Source: the human T2T-CHM13v2.0 reference genome, Homo sapiens. Taken from it: DNA of 64,000 nt. Both the position numbers and the translations under genes were made by a program. The notes below the pieces were generated by a model. That model made no database searches, was not told the DNA's origin, and saw only the letters and a program-made list of their open reading frames with translations. Shown piece by piece: positions 1-15,400 of the stretch; the first letter of the stretch is position 1, and each line of letters starts with the position of its first letter. The DNA lies in the NCBI RefSeq assembly GCF_009914755.1, contig NC_060940.1, one strand, 5' to 3'.

Positions 1-250
1 CCATTTTAGGATTTGATTCGAGTCCTTTCGATGATTCCATTCGATTCCACTCGATGATGATTTCATTCGAGTCCATTCGACACTTCCAATCGATTCCATT
101 TGATGATTCCATTCGAGTCCTATTGATGATTCCATTCAATTCCATTCGATGATGATTCCGTACGATTCCATTCTGTGATGATTCCATGTGATTGCATTCA
201 ATGATGATTCCTTTCGATTGCATTCGATTATGATTCATTTCGTCTTCATT
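1..250 (+). repeat. Partial HOR unit (tail of the preceding unit)
   Basis: Matches 6078-6327 at lag 6077 (ccattttaggatttgattcgag..., ccgtacgatt...). Confidence 0.93.
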
Positions 251-3200
251 CTATGGTTCCACAGGTTTCCATTCGTGTCCATTCCATTATTCCATTCTAT
301 TCCATTTGATGATGATTCCATTCGATTCCATTCATTGGTGATTCCACTCAATTCCATTCAATGATTCCATTCCATTTCTTTCAACAATGATTCCATTAGT
401 TTCTAATCGATGATCCACTTGATTCCATTTGACGACGATTCCATTCTTGTCCATTCGATGATTCCATTTGATTCCATATGATGATGATTCCATTCGATTC
501 CATACCATGATGATTCCATTCGAGTCCATTCAATGGTGATTCCATTCAATTCCATTCGATGATTCCTTTCGATTCCATTCGATGATGATGGCATTCGATT
601 CCTTTCAATCATTCCCTTTGATTCCATTCAAAGGTGATTTCATTCAAGTCCATTCGATAATTGCATTCGATTCCATTCTATGATGATTCCATTCGAGTCC
701 ATTTGATGATTCCATTCAATTCAAGTCAATGATGATTCCATTCGATTCCATTCGATGATTCCATTGGATTCCATTCGATGATGATTCCATTCAAATCCAT
801 TCGATAATTCAATTCAAGTCCATTCGATGATGATTCCAATCGAATCCATTCAAAGATTCCATTCAGTTCCATTCGATGATTCCCTTGGATTCCATTCGAT
901 GATTCCACTTGATTGCATTTACGATGATTCCATTCGATTCCATGTGATGATTCCATTCAATTCTATTCAATGATGTCTCCATTTGATTCCATTCGACCAT
1001 GATTGCCTTTGATTCCATTCAATGATTCCATTCGGTTCCGTTTGATGATGATTCCGTTCGATTCCATTTGATGATTCCATTTGATTCCATTGGATGAGTC
1101 CATTCGATTACATTCGATGATTATTCCATTCGAGTGCATTAGATGATTCCATTCGAGTCCATTCGATGATTCCATTCGATTCCATTCGATGTTGATTCTG
1201 TTCAAATCCATTCGATGATTCCACTCGATTCCATTCGTTGACTCCATTTGATCCCATTCGATGATTTCCTTTGATTCCCTTTGATGATCATTCCATTTGA
1301 TTCAATTCGGTGATTTCATTTGATTCCATTCAGTGATGTTTCCATTCGACTCCATTCGATGATGATTCCATTCGACTCCATTCGATTATGATTTCATTCA
1401 ATTCCATTCGATAATGATTCCCTTCGAGTCCATTCGATGATTCCATTCGATTCCATTCAACGATGATTTGATTCGTGTCCATTCGATGATTCCATTTGAT
1501 TCCACTTGATGATGATTCCATTCGAGTCCATTTGATGATTCCATTCAATTCCATACTCCGATGATTTCTTTTGAGCCCACTCAATGCTTCCACTCGATTC
1601 CATATGATGATGACTCCATTCGATGAAATTCGATGATGATTCCATTCGCTTGCTTTCGATGATGATTCCACTTGAGTCCGTTAGAAGATTCTATTCAATT
1701 ACATTCCATGACGATTCCGTTCGAGTCCATTTGATGATTCCATTAGACTCCATTCGACGATGATTCCATTCGATGTTATTCGATGATTCCATTCGATCTC
1801 ATTCGATGATGATTCCATTAAACTCCATTCGATGTTTCCATTCGAGTTCATTCTATTATTCCATTAGATTCCATTCGATGATGATTCCATTCGATTCCAT
1901 TTGATGATTGCATTCTATTTCATTTGATGATGATTCCATTCGAGTCCACTCGATGATTCCATTCGAGTCCATTTAATGAATCCATTGGTTTCAATTCTAT
2001 GATGATTACATTGGATTCCATTCGTTGATGATTTCATTCGGTTCCATTCAATGATGATTCCATTCAATTCCTTTCAATGTTTCCATTCAATTCCATACGA
2101 TGATGATTCCATTTGATTTGATTCGACAGTGAGCCATTCGATTCAATTTCATGATGATTCTATTTATTCAATTGGTTGACATTTCCATTCGATTCCATTC
2201 GATGATGATTCCCTTTGATTCCATTCAAAGATGATTCCATTCTAGCCCATTCAATCATTCCATTCGATTCTATTCAATGATGATTCCATTCATGTCGATT
2301 TGGTGATTCCATTTGACTTCATTTGATGATGATTCCTTTCAAGTTCATTAGATGATTCCATTCGATTCCATTTGATGATGATCCCATTCGAGTCCATTCA
2401 GTGATTCCACTCGTTTCCATTCCATGATGATTCCATTCCATTCCATTCAATGATTCCATTCGATTCCGATGGATGATGATTTCATTCGAGTCCATTTGAT
2501 GATTCCATTTGATTCCATTCGATGATGATTCCATTCGAGTCCATTCGATGATTCTATTCGAATCCATTTGATGATTTCTTTTGATTATAGTTGGTGATGA
2601 TTCCATTGGAGTCCATTCAATGATTCCATTCGATTCCAATCGATGGTGATTCCATTAGAGTCCATTTAATGATTCCATTTGATTCCAGTCTCTGATGATT
2701 ACATTCGAGTCCATACGATGATTCCACTCAATTCCATATGATGATGATTCCATTCGATTCCATTCGGTGATTCCATTCTATTCTATTCAGTGGTGATTCC
2801 ATTCGAGTACATTAGATGATTCCATTCGATTCCATTCAATGATGATTCTATTTGTGTCCCTTAGATGATTCCACATGATTCCATTAGATGATGATACTAT
2901 TTGAGCCCATCCAATGATTCCCTTCGATTCCATTCGATGAGGATTCCATTCGATTCAATTCATTGGTGATTCTATTCAATTCAATTCTTTGATTCCATTC
3001 CATTCCATTCGACAATGATTCCATTCGATTTCTTTCGATGATTCCACTCGATTCCACTTGACATTGATTCCCTTCGATTCCATTCAATGATTCCATTTGA
3101 TTCCAGTGGATGATGATTGCCATCGATTCCATTCGATCACTCCATTCTATTCCATTTGATGATGATTACATTCGATTCCATTTGACGATTCCATCTGATT

Positions 3201-6200
3201 CTATTCGAGGATTCCATTTGATTCCATTCGATGATGATTCCATTCGAGTCCATTCGATGATTTCATTCGAGTACATCCAATGATTCCATTCGAGTCCATT
3301 TGATGATTCCATTTGATTCCATTTGATTATGATTCTACTAGAGTCCATTCAATGACTCCATTCGAGTCCATTCAACAATTCCATTCGACTCCATTCGATG
3401 ATTCCATTCGATTCCATTTGATGATTCCATTCGAGTCCATTTAATCATTACAGTCGAGTCCATTTGGTGATTCCGCTGGATTTCCTTTGATAATGATACC
3501 ATTCAATTACATTTGATGATGATCCCATTCAATTTCATTTGATGATGATTCCATTAGAGTCCATTCGATGATTTTATTCGAGTCCCTTCATTGATTCCAT
3601 CCGATTTCATTGGATGATGACTCCATTCGAGTCCATTCGATGATTCCACTCGATTCCATTAGATGATTCCATTGGAGTCCATTTGATTGTTCCATTCGAT
3701 TCCATTCGATTCCTTTCGAAGATTATTCCATTTGAGTCCATTCGATGATGATTCCATTCCATTCCATTCGATGATTCCGTTTGATTCCATTCGATGATTC
3801 CCTTCGATTCCTTTCTTTGATGATTCCATTCCATTCCATTCAATGATTCCATTCGAATCTATTCCATGATGATTCCTTTCGATTCCATTCGCTGATGTTT
3901 CCGTTCAATTCCATTCGATGATGATTCCATTCGATTCCATTCATTGAGGATTCCATTTGATTCCATTCAATGATGATTCCATTCTATTCCATTCAATGAT
4001 TGCATTCAATTCCATTCAATGATTATCCCATTAGAGTAAACTCAACGATTCCATTCAATACCATTCGATGATGATTCCTTTTGAGTCCATTCAATGATTT
4101 CATTCAAGTCCATTTGATGATTCCTTTCAATTCCATTCTATGATGATTCCATTCGAGTCCATTCGATGATTCCATTCGATTGCATTCGATGATTCCATTA
4201 TATTCCATTCAACGATGATTCCATTCGAGTCCATTCGATGATTCCATTAGAGTACATTTAATGATTGCTTTGTTTTCAATTCGAAGATGATTACATTCGA
4301 TTCCATTCTATGATACCATTCGTTTCCATTCAATGATGACTCCACTCAAATCCATTGGATGATTCCATTCGTGTCCATTCGGTGATTTCATTAGATTCCA
4401 TTCGAGGATGATTCCATTCGATTCCATTCGATGATTCCATTCAATTCCATTCGATGATGATTCCATTCGAGTCCATATGATCATTCCATTTGATTTCATT
4501 CGATGATGATTCCATTCGATTCCATTCGACGATTCCATTCTATTCCATTCGATGATGATTCCATTCGAGTCCATTCGATGATTCCATTCGAGTCCATTTA
4601 ATGATTCCATTGGGTTCAATTCAATGATGATTACATTGGATTCCGTTCTATGATTCCATTCAATTCCGTTCATTGACAATTTGATTCCATTCGATGATGA
4701 TTCCATTTGAGTTCATTCGATGATTCTATTCGATTCTCTTCGATGGTGATTCAATTCTATTATATTGGATGATTCCATTTGATGTTGATTCAATTCGATT
4801 CTATTCGATGATGATTCCATTGGATTTCACTTGATGATTCTATTCGATTCCATTCAATGATGATTCACTTCTCGTCCATTGGATGATTCCATTTCATTCC
4901 ATTCGATGATGATTCCATTTGATTCCATTCGATGATTCCATTTGATTCCATGCGACGGTGAGCAATTCGATTCAATTCCATGATGATTCTATTTGATTCA
5001 ATTAGATGATGTTTCCATTCGAATCCATTCCATGATTATTCCATTGGAATCCATTCGGCGATGATTCCATATGAGACAATTCAATGATGATTCCATATGA
5101 GTCAATTCAATGATGATTCCATATGGGTCCGTTCGATGATAATTCCATTTGATTTCATTCGATGCTTCTATTCAATTCCAGTCGATGATGATTCCGTTGG
5201 AGTCCATACGATGATTCCATTTGATTTCATTTCATGATGATTCCATTCGGTGACGATTACATTGGATTCCATTCTATGATTCCATTCAGTTCATTCGTTG
5301 ATGATTCGATTCCATTCAATGATGATTCCATTTGAGTTCATTCGGTGATTCTATTCGATTCCATTCTATGGTGATTCAATTCTCTTATATTGGATGATTC
5401 GACTCGATTCCATTTGATGATTATTCCATTGGAGTCCACTTAGTGAATCCTTTAGATTCTACTCGAAGATGATTCCATTCGAGTCCATTCGATGATACCA
5501 TTCAATTCCATTCGTTGATGCTTCCATTCAAGTGCATTCGATGATATCATTCGATTCCATTTGATGATAATTCCATTTGATTCCATGCGATGATTCTATT
5601 CGATTCCATTCAATGATAATTCCATTCAATTCAGTGATTCCTCTGGACTCCATTTGATGATGATTCCATTCAATGATTCCATTCGATTCTATTCGAAAAT
5701 GATTACATTTGAATCCATTTGATGACGATTCCATTCCATTCCATTTGATGATTCCATACTATTCTATTCGATGATGATTCCATTCGATTCCATTCGATGA
5801 TGATTGGATTCGATTCCATTTGATGATTTCATTTGATTCCATTCGTTAATGATTTCGATCAATTCCATTCGATGATTCCATTCGATTCCATTCGATAATG
5901 ATTACATCCGAGTCCATTCGATGATTCCATTTGAGCCTGTTCGATAATTCCATTTGAGTCCAACCAATGATTCCATTCATTTCCATTCAATGATTCCATT
6001 CGAGTCCATTTGATCATTCCGGTAGGGTCCATTCGATGTTGATTCCATTGGAGTGCATTCGATGATTCCATTCGAGTCCATTTTAGGATTTGATTCGAGT
6101 CCTTTCGATGATTCCATTCGATTCCACTCGATGATGATTTCATTCGAGTCCATTCGACACTTCCAATCGATTCCATTTGATGATTCCATTCGAGTCCTAT

Positions 6201-6327
6201 TGATGATTCCATTCAATTCCATTCGATGATGATTCCGTACGATTCCATTCTGTGATGATTCCATGTGATTGCATTCAATGATGATTCCTTTCGATTGCAT
6301 TCGATTATGATTCATTTCGTCTTCATT
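251..6327 (+). repeat. HOR unit U1, 6077 bp (most divergent copy)
   Basis: Landmark at 251 and 6328; equivalent ORFs at 332 and 6409. Length relative to 6112 is explained by +26, -10, -49, -1 and -1 indels. The unit start is an arbitrary landmark. Confidence 0.93.
5061..5112 (+). repeat. 26-bp tandem duplication private to U1
   Basis: atgattccatatgag(a/t)caattcaatg occurs twice (5061, 5087); single copy in all other units. Confidence 0.88.
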
Positions 6328-9300
6328 CTATGGTTCCACAGGTTTCCATTCGTGTCCATTCCATTATTCCATTCTATTCCATTTGATGATGATTCCATTC
6401 GATTCCATTCATTGGTGATTCCACTCAATTCCATTCAATGATTCCATTCCATTTCTTTCAACAATGATTCCATTAGTTTCTAATCGATGATCCACTTGAT
6501 TCCATTTGACGACGATTCCATTCTTGTCCATTCGATGATTCCATTTGATTCCATATGATGATGATTCCATTCGATTCCATACCATGATGATTCCATTCGA
6601 GTCCATTCAATGGTGATTCCATTCAATTCCATTCGATGATTCCTTTCGATTCCATTCGATGATGATGGCATTCGATTCCTTTCAATCATTCCCTTTGATT
6701 CCATTCAAAGGTGATTTCATTCAAGTCCATTCGATAATTGCATTCGATTCCATTCTATGATGATTCCATTCGAGTCCATTTGATGATTCCATTCAATTCA
6801 AGTCAATGATGATTCCATTCGATTCCATTCGATGATTCCATTGGATTCCATTCGATGATGATTCCATTCAAATCCATTCGATAATTCAATTCAAGTCCAT
6901 TCGATGATGATTCCAATCGAATCCATTCAAAGATTCCATTCAGTTCCATTCGATGATTCCCTTGGATTCCATTCGATGATTCCACTTGATTGCATTTACG
7001 ATGATTCCATTCGATTCCATGTGATGATTCCATTCAATTCTATTCAATGATGTCTCCATTTGATTCCATTCGACCATGATTGCCTTTGATTCCATTCAAT
7101 GATTCCATTCGGTTCCGTTTGATGATGATTCCGTTCGATTCCATTTGATGATTCCATTTGATTCCATTGGATGAGTCCATTCGATTACATTCGATGATTA
7201 TTCCATTCGAGTGCATTAGATGATTCCATTCGAGTCCATTCGATGATTCCATTCGATTCCATTCGATGTTGATTCTGTTCAAATCCATTCGATGATTCCA
7301 CTCGATTCCATTCGTTGACTCCATTTGATCCCATTCGATGATTTCCTTTGATTCCCTTTGATGATCATTCCATTTGATTCAATTCGGTGATTTCATTTGA
7401 TTCCATTCAGTGATGTTTCCATTCGACTCCATTCGATGATGATTCCATTCGACTCCATTCGATTATGATTTCATTCAATTCCATTCGATAATGATTCCCT
7501 TCGAGTCCATTCGATGATTCCATTCGATTCCATTCAACGATGATTTGATTCGTGTCCATTCGATGATTCCATTTGATTCCACTTGATGATGATTCCATTC
7601 GAGTCCATTTGATGATTCCATTCAATTCCATACTCCGATGATTTCTTTTGAGCCCACTCAATGCTTCCACTCGATTCCATATGATGATGACTCCATTCGA
7701 TGAAATTCGATGATGATTCCATTCGCTTGCTTTCGATGATGATTCCACTTGAGTCCGTTAGAAGATTCTATTCAATTACATTCCATGACGATTCCGTTCG
7801 AGTCCATTTGATGATTCCATTAGACTCCATTCGACGATGATTCCATTCGATGTTATTCCATGATTCCATTCGATCTCATTCGATGATGATTCCATTCAAC
7901 TCCATTCGATGTTTCCATTCGAGTTCATTCTATTATTCCATTAGATTCCATTCGATGATGATTCCATTCGATTCCATTTGATGATTGCATTCTATTTCAT
8001 TTGATGATGATTCCATTCGAGTCCACTCGATGATTCCATTCGAGTCCATTTAATGAATCCATTGGTTTCAATTCTATGATGATTACATTGGATTCCATTC
8101 GTTGATGATTTCATTCAGTTCCATTCAATGATGATTCCATTCAATTCCTTTCAATGTTTCCATTCAATTCCATACGATGATGATTCCATTTGATTTGATT
8201 CGACAGTGAGCCATTCGATTCAATTTCATGATGATTCTATTTATTCAATTGGTTGACATTTCCATTCGATTCCATTCGATGATGATTCCCTTTGATTCCA
8301 TTCAAAGATGATTCCATTCTAGCCCATTCAATCATTCCATTCGATTCTATTCAATGATGATTCCATTCATGTCGATTTGGTGATTCCATTTGACTTCATT
8401 TGATGATGATTCCTTTCAAGTTCATTAGATGATTCCATTCGATTCCATTTGATGATGATCCCATTCGAGTCCATTCAGTGATTCCATTCGTTTCCATTCC
8501 ATGATGATTCCATTACTTTCCATTCAATGATTCCATTCGACTCCGTTTGATGATGATTTCATTCGAGTCCATTTGATGATTCCATTTGATTCCATTCGAT
8601 GATGATTCCATTCGAGTCCATTCGATGATTCTATTCGAATCCATTTGATGATTTCTTTTGATTATATTTGGTGATGATTCCATTGGAGTCCATTCAATGA
8701 TTCCATTCTATTCCAATCGATGATGATTCCATTAGAGTCCATTTAATGATTCCATTTGATTCCAGTCTCTGATGATTACATTCGAGTCCATACGATGATT
8801 CCACTCAATTCCATATGATGATGATTCCATTCGATTCCATTCGGTTATTCCATTCTATTCTATTCAGTGGTGATTCCATTCGAGTACATTAGATGATTCC
8901 ATTCGATTCCATTCAATGATGATTCTATTTGTGTCCCTTAGATGATTCCACATGATTCCATTAGATGATGATACTATTTGAGCCCATCCAATGATTCCCT
9001 TCGATTCCATTCGATGAGGATTCCATTCGATTCAATTCATTGGTGATTCTATTCAATTCAATTCTTTGATTCCATTCCATTCCATTCGACAATGATTCCA
9101 TTCGATTTCTTTCGATGATTCCACTCGATTCCACTTGACATTGATTCCCTTCGATTCCATTCAATGATTCCATTTGATTCCAGTGGATGATGATTGCCAT
9201 CGATTCCATTCGATCACTCCATTCTATTCCATTTGATGATGATTACATTCGATTCCATTTGACGATTCCATCTGATTCTATTCGAGGATTCCATTTGATT

Positions 9301-12300
9301 CCATTCGATGATGATTCCATTCGAGTCCATTCGATGATTTCATTCGAGTACATCCAATGATTCCATTCGAGTCCATTTGATGATTCCATTTGATTCCATT
9401 TGATTATGATTCTACTAGAGTCCATTCAATGACTCCATTCGAGTCCATTCAACAATTCCATTCGACTCCATTCGATGATTCCATTCGATTCCATTTGATG
9501 ATTCCATTCGAGTCCATTTAATCATTACAGTCGAGTCCATTTGGTGATTCCGCTGGATTTCCTTTGATAATGATACCATTCGATTACATTTGATGATGAT
9601 CCCATTCAATTTCATTTGATGATGATTCCATTAGAGTCCATTCGATGATTTTATTCGAGTCCCTTCATTGATTCCATCCGATTTCATTGGATGATGACTC
9701 CATTCGAGTCCATTCGATGATTCCACTCGATTCCATTAGATGATTCCATTGGAGTCCATTTGATTGTTCCATTCGATTCCATTCGATTCCTTTCGAAGAT
9801 TATTCCATTTGAGTCCATTCGATGATGATTCCATTCCATTCCATTCGATGATTCCGTTTGATTCCATTCGATGATTCCCTTCGATTCCTTTCTTTGATGA
9901 TTCCATTCCATTCCATTCAATGATTCCATTCGAATCTATTCCATGATGATTCCTTTCGATTCCATTCGCTGATGTTTCCGTTCAATTCCATTCGATGATG
10001 ATTCCATTCGATTCCATTCATTGAGGATTCCATTTGATTCCATTCAATGATTCCATTCTATTCCATTCAATGATTGCATTCAATTCCATTCAATGATTAT
10101 CCCATTAGAGTAAACTCAACGATTCCATTCAATACCATTCGATGATGATTCCTTTTGAGTCCATTCAATGATTTCATTCAAGTCCATTTGATGATTCCTT
10201 TCAATTCCATTCTATGATGATTCCATTCGAGTCCATTCGATGATTCCATTCGATTGCATTCGATGATTCCATTATATTCCATTCAACGATGATTCCATTC
10301 GAGTCCATTCGATGATTCCATTAGAGTACATTTAATGATTGCTTTGTTTTCAATTCGAAGATGATTACATTCGATTCCATTCTATGATACCATTCGATTC
10401 CATTCAATGATGACTCCACTCAAATCCATTGGATGATTCCATTCGTGTCCATTCGGTGATTTCATTAGATTCCATTCGAGGATGATTCCATTCGATTCCA
10501 TTCGATGATTCCATTCAATTCCATTCGATGATGATTCCATTCGAGTCCATATGATCATTCCATTTGATTTCATTCGATGATGATTCCATTCGATTCCATT
10601 CGACGATTCCATTCTATTCCATTCGATGATGATTCCATTCGAGTCCATTCGATGATTCCATTCGAGTCCATTTAATGATTCCATTGGGTTCAATTCAATG
10701 ATGATTACATTGGATTCCGTTCTATGATTCCATTCAATTCCGTTCATTGACAATTTGATTCCATTCGATGATGATTCCATTTGAGTTCATTCGATGATTC
10801 TATTCGATTCTCTTCGATGGTGATTCAATTCTATTATATTGGATGATTCCATTCGATTCCATTTGATGTTGATTCAATTCGATTCTATTCGATGATGATT
10901 CCATTGGATTTCACTTGATGATTCTATTCGATTCCATTCAATGATGATTCACTTCTCGTCCATTGGATGATTCCATTTCATTCCATTCGATGATGATTCC
11001 ATTCGATTCCATTCGATGATTCCATTTGATTCCATGCGACGGTGAGCAATTCGATTCAATTCCATGATGATTCTATTTGATTCAATTAGATGATGTTTCC
11101 ATTCGAATCCATTCCATGATTATTCCATTGGAATCCATTCGGCGATGATTCCATATGAGTCAATTCAATGATGATTCCATATGGGTCCGTTCGATGATAA
11201 TTCCATTTGATTTCATTCGATGCTTCTATTCAATTCCAGTCGATGATGATTCCGTTGGAGTCCATACGATGATTCCATTTGATTTCATTTCATGATGATT
11301 CCATTCGATGACGATTACATTGGATTCCATTCTATGATTCCATTCAATTCCATTCGTTGATGATACGATTCCATTCAATGATGATTCCATTTGAGTTCAT
11401 TCGGTGATTCTATTCGATTCCATTCTATGGTGATTCAATTCTCTTATATTGGATGATTCGACTCGATTCCATTTGATGATTATTCCATTGGAGTCCACTT
11501 AGTGAATCCTTTAGATTCTACTCGAAGATGATTCCATTCGAGTCCATTCGATGATGCCATTCAATTCCATTCGTTGATGCTTCCATTCAAGTGCATTCGA
11601 TGATATCATTCGATTCCATTTGATGATAATTCCATTTGATTCCATGCGATGATTCTATTCGATTCCATTCAATGATAATTCCATTCAATTCAGTGATTCC
11701 TCTGGACTCCATTTGATGATGATTCCATTCAATGATTCCATTCGATTCTATTCGAAAATGATTCCATTTGAATCCATTTGATGATGATTCCATTAGATTC
11801 CATTTGATGATTCCATTCGATTCCATTCGACGATGATTCCATTCGATTCCGTTTGATGATTCCATGCTATTCTATTCGATGATGATTCCATTCGATTCCA
11901 TTCGATGATGATTGGATTCGATTCCATTTGATGATTTCATTTGATTCCATTCGTTAATGATTTCGATCAATTCCATTCGATGATTCCATTCGATTCCATT
12001 CGATAATGATTACATCCGAGTCCATTCGATGATTCCATTGGAGCCTGTTCGATAATTCCATTTGAGTCCAACCAATGATTCCATTCATTTCCATTCAATG
12101 ATTCCATTCGAGTCCATTTGATCATTCCGGTAGGGTCCATTCGATGTTGATTCCATTGGAGTGCATTCGATGATTCCATTCGAGTCCATTTTAGGATTTG
12201 ATTCGAGTCCTTTCGATGATTCCATTCGATTCCACTCGATGATGATTTCATTCGAGTCCATTCGACACTTCCAATCGATTCCATTTGATGATTCCATTCG

Positions 12301-12435
12301 AGTCCAATTGATGATTCCATTCAATTCCATTCGATGATGATTCCGTACGATTCCATTCTGTGATGATTCCATGTGATTGCATTCAATGATGATTCCTTTC
12401 GATTGCATTCGATTATGATTCATTTCGTGTTCATT
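6328..12435 (+). repeat. HOR unit U2, 6108 bp
   Basis: Landmark spacing. Has a 1-bp deletion at ~8241 (ctatttattcaatt, shared with U1) and a 3-bp GAT deletion at ~10048. Confidence 0.93.
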
Positions 12436-15400
12436 CTATGGTTCTACAGGTTTCCATTCGTGTCCATTCCATTATTCCATTCTATTCCATTTGATGATGA
12501 TTCCATTCGATTCCATTCATTGGTGATTCCACTCAATTCCATTCAATGATTCCATTCCATTTCTTTCAACAATGATTCCATTAGTTTCTAATCGATGATC
12601 CACTTGATTCCATTTGACGACGATTCCATTCTTGTCCATTCGATGATTCCATTTGATTCCATATGATGATGATTCCATTCGATTCCATACCATGATGATT
12701 CCATTCGAGTCCATTCAATGGTGATTCCATTCAATTCCATTCGATGATTCCTTTTGATTCCATTCGATGATGATGGCATTCGATTCCTTTCAATCATTCT
12801 CTTTGATTCCATTCAAAGGTGATTTCATTCAAGTCCATTCGATAATTGCATTCGATTCCATTCTATGATGATTCCATTCGAGTCCATTTGATGATTCCAT
12901 TCAATTCAAGTCAATGATGATTCCATTCGATTCCATTCGATGATTCCATGGGATTCCATTCGATGATGATTCCATTCAAATCCATTCGATAATTCAATTC
13001 AAGTCCATTCGATGATGATTCCAATCGAATCCATTCAAAGATTCCATTCAGTTCCATTCGATGATTCCCTTAGATTCCATTCGATGATTCCACTTGATTG
13101 CATTTACGATGATTCCATTCGATTCCATGTGATGATTCCATTCAATTCTATTCAATGATGTCTCCATTTGATTCCATTCGACCATGATTGCCTTTGATTC
13201 CATTCAATGATTCCATTCGGTTCCGTTTGATGATGATTCCGTTCGATTCCATTTGATGATTCCATTGGATTCCATTGGATGAGTCCATTCGATTACATTC
13301 GATGATTATTCCATTCGAGTGCATTAGATGATTCCATTCGAGTCCATTCGATGATTCCATTCGATTCCATTCGATGTTGATTCTGTTCAAATCCATTCGA
13401 TGATTCCACTCGATTCCATTCGTTGACTCCATTTGATCCCATTCGATGATTTCCTTTGATTCCCTTTGATGATCATTCCATTTGATTCAATTCGGTGATT
13501 TCATTTGATTCCATTCAGTGATGTTTCCATTCGACTCCATTCGATGATGATTCCATTCGACTCCATTCGATTATGATTTCATTCAATTCCATTCGATAAT
13601 GATTCCCTTCGAGTCCATTCGATGATTCCATTCGATTCCATTCAACGATGATTTGATTCGTGTCCATTCGATGATTCCATTTGATTCCACTTGATGATGA
13701 TTCCATTCGAGTCCATTTGATGATTCCATTCAATTCCATACTCCGATGATTTCTTTTGAGCCCACTCAATGCTTCCACTCGATTCCATATGATGATGACT
13801 CCATTCGATGAAATTCGATGATGATTCCATTCGCTTGCTTTCGATGATGATTCCACTTGAGTCCGTTAGAAGATTCTATTCAATTACATTCCATGACGAT
13901 TCCGTTCGAGTCCATTTGATGATTCCATTAGACTCCATTCGACGATGATTCCATTCGATGTTATTCCATGATTCCATTCGATCTCATTCGATGATGATTC
14001 CATTCAACTCCATTCGATGTTTCCATTCGAGTTCATTCTATTATTCCATTAGATTCCATTCGATGATGATTCCATTCGATTCCATTTGATGATTGCATTC
14101 TATTTCATTTGATGATGATTCCATTCGAGTCCACTCGATGATTCCATTCGAGTCCATTTAATGAATCCATTGGTTTCAATTCTATGATGATTACATTGGA
14201 TTCCATTCGTTGATGAATTCATTCGGCTCCATTCAATGATGATTCCATTCAATTCCTTTCAATGTTTCCATTCAATTCCATACGATGATGATTCCATTTG
14301 ATTTGATTCGACAGTGAGCCATTCGATTCAATTCCATGATGATTCTATTTGATTCAATTGGTTGACATTTCCATTCGATTCCATTCGATGATGATTCCCT
14401 TTGATTCCGTTCAAAGATGATTCCATTCTAGCCCATTCAATCATTCCATTCGATTCTATTCAATGATGATTCCATTCATGTCGATTTGGTGATTCCATTT
14501 GACTTCATTTGATGATGATTCCTTTCAAGTTCATTAGATGATTCCATTCGATTCCATTTGATGATGATCCCATTCGAGTCCATTCAGTGATTCCATTCGT
14601 TTCCATTCCATGATGATTCCATTCCTTTCCATTCAATGATTCCATTCGATTCCGTTTGATGATGATTTCATTCGAGTCCATTTGATGATTCCATTTGATT
14701 CCATTCGATGATGATTCCATTCGAGTCCATTCGATGATTCTATTCGAATCCATTTGATGATTTCTTTTGATTATATTTGGTGATGATTCCATTGGAGTCC
14801 ATTCAATGATTCCATTCTATTCCAATCGATGATGATTCCATTAGAGTCCATTTAATGATTCCATTTGATTCCAGTCTCTGATGATTACATTCGAGTCCAT
14901 ACGATGATTCCACTCAATTCCATATGATGATGATTCCATTCGATTCCATTCGATGATTCCATTCTATTCTATTCAATGGTGATTCCATTCGAGTACATTA
15001 GATGATTCCATTCGATTCCATTCAATGATGATTCTATTTGTGTCCCTTAGATGATTCCACATGATTCCATTAGATGATGATACTATTTGAGCCCATCCAA
15101 TGATTCCCTTCGATTCCATTCGATGAGGATTCCATTCGATTCAATTCATTGGTGATTCTATTCAATTCAATTCTTTGATTCCATTCCATTCCATTCGACA
15201 ATGATTCCATTCGATTTCTTTCGATGATTCCACTCGATTCCACTTGACATTAATTCCATTCGATTCCATTCAATGATTCCATTTGATTCCAGTGGATGAT
15301 GATTGCCATCGATTCCATTCGATCACTCCATTCTATTCCATTTGATGATGATTACATTCGATTCCATTTGATGATTCCATCTGATTCTATTCGAGGATTC

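Noticed and set aside
5801-5811. TGATTGGATTC resembling a DUX4 site (reverse complement of TAAYYYAATCA)
   Set aside because: It mismatches in the TAA core. DUX4 binding to HSATII is known, but this particular site cannot be supported without a PWM scan or ChIP data.
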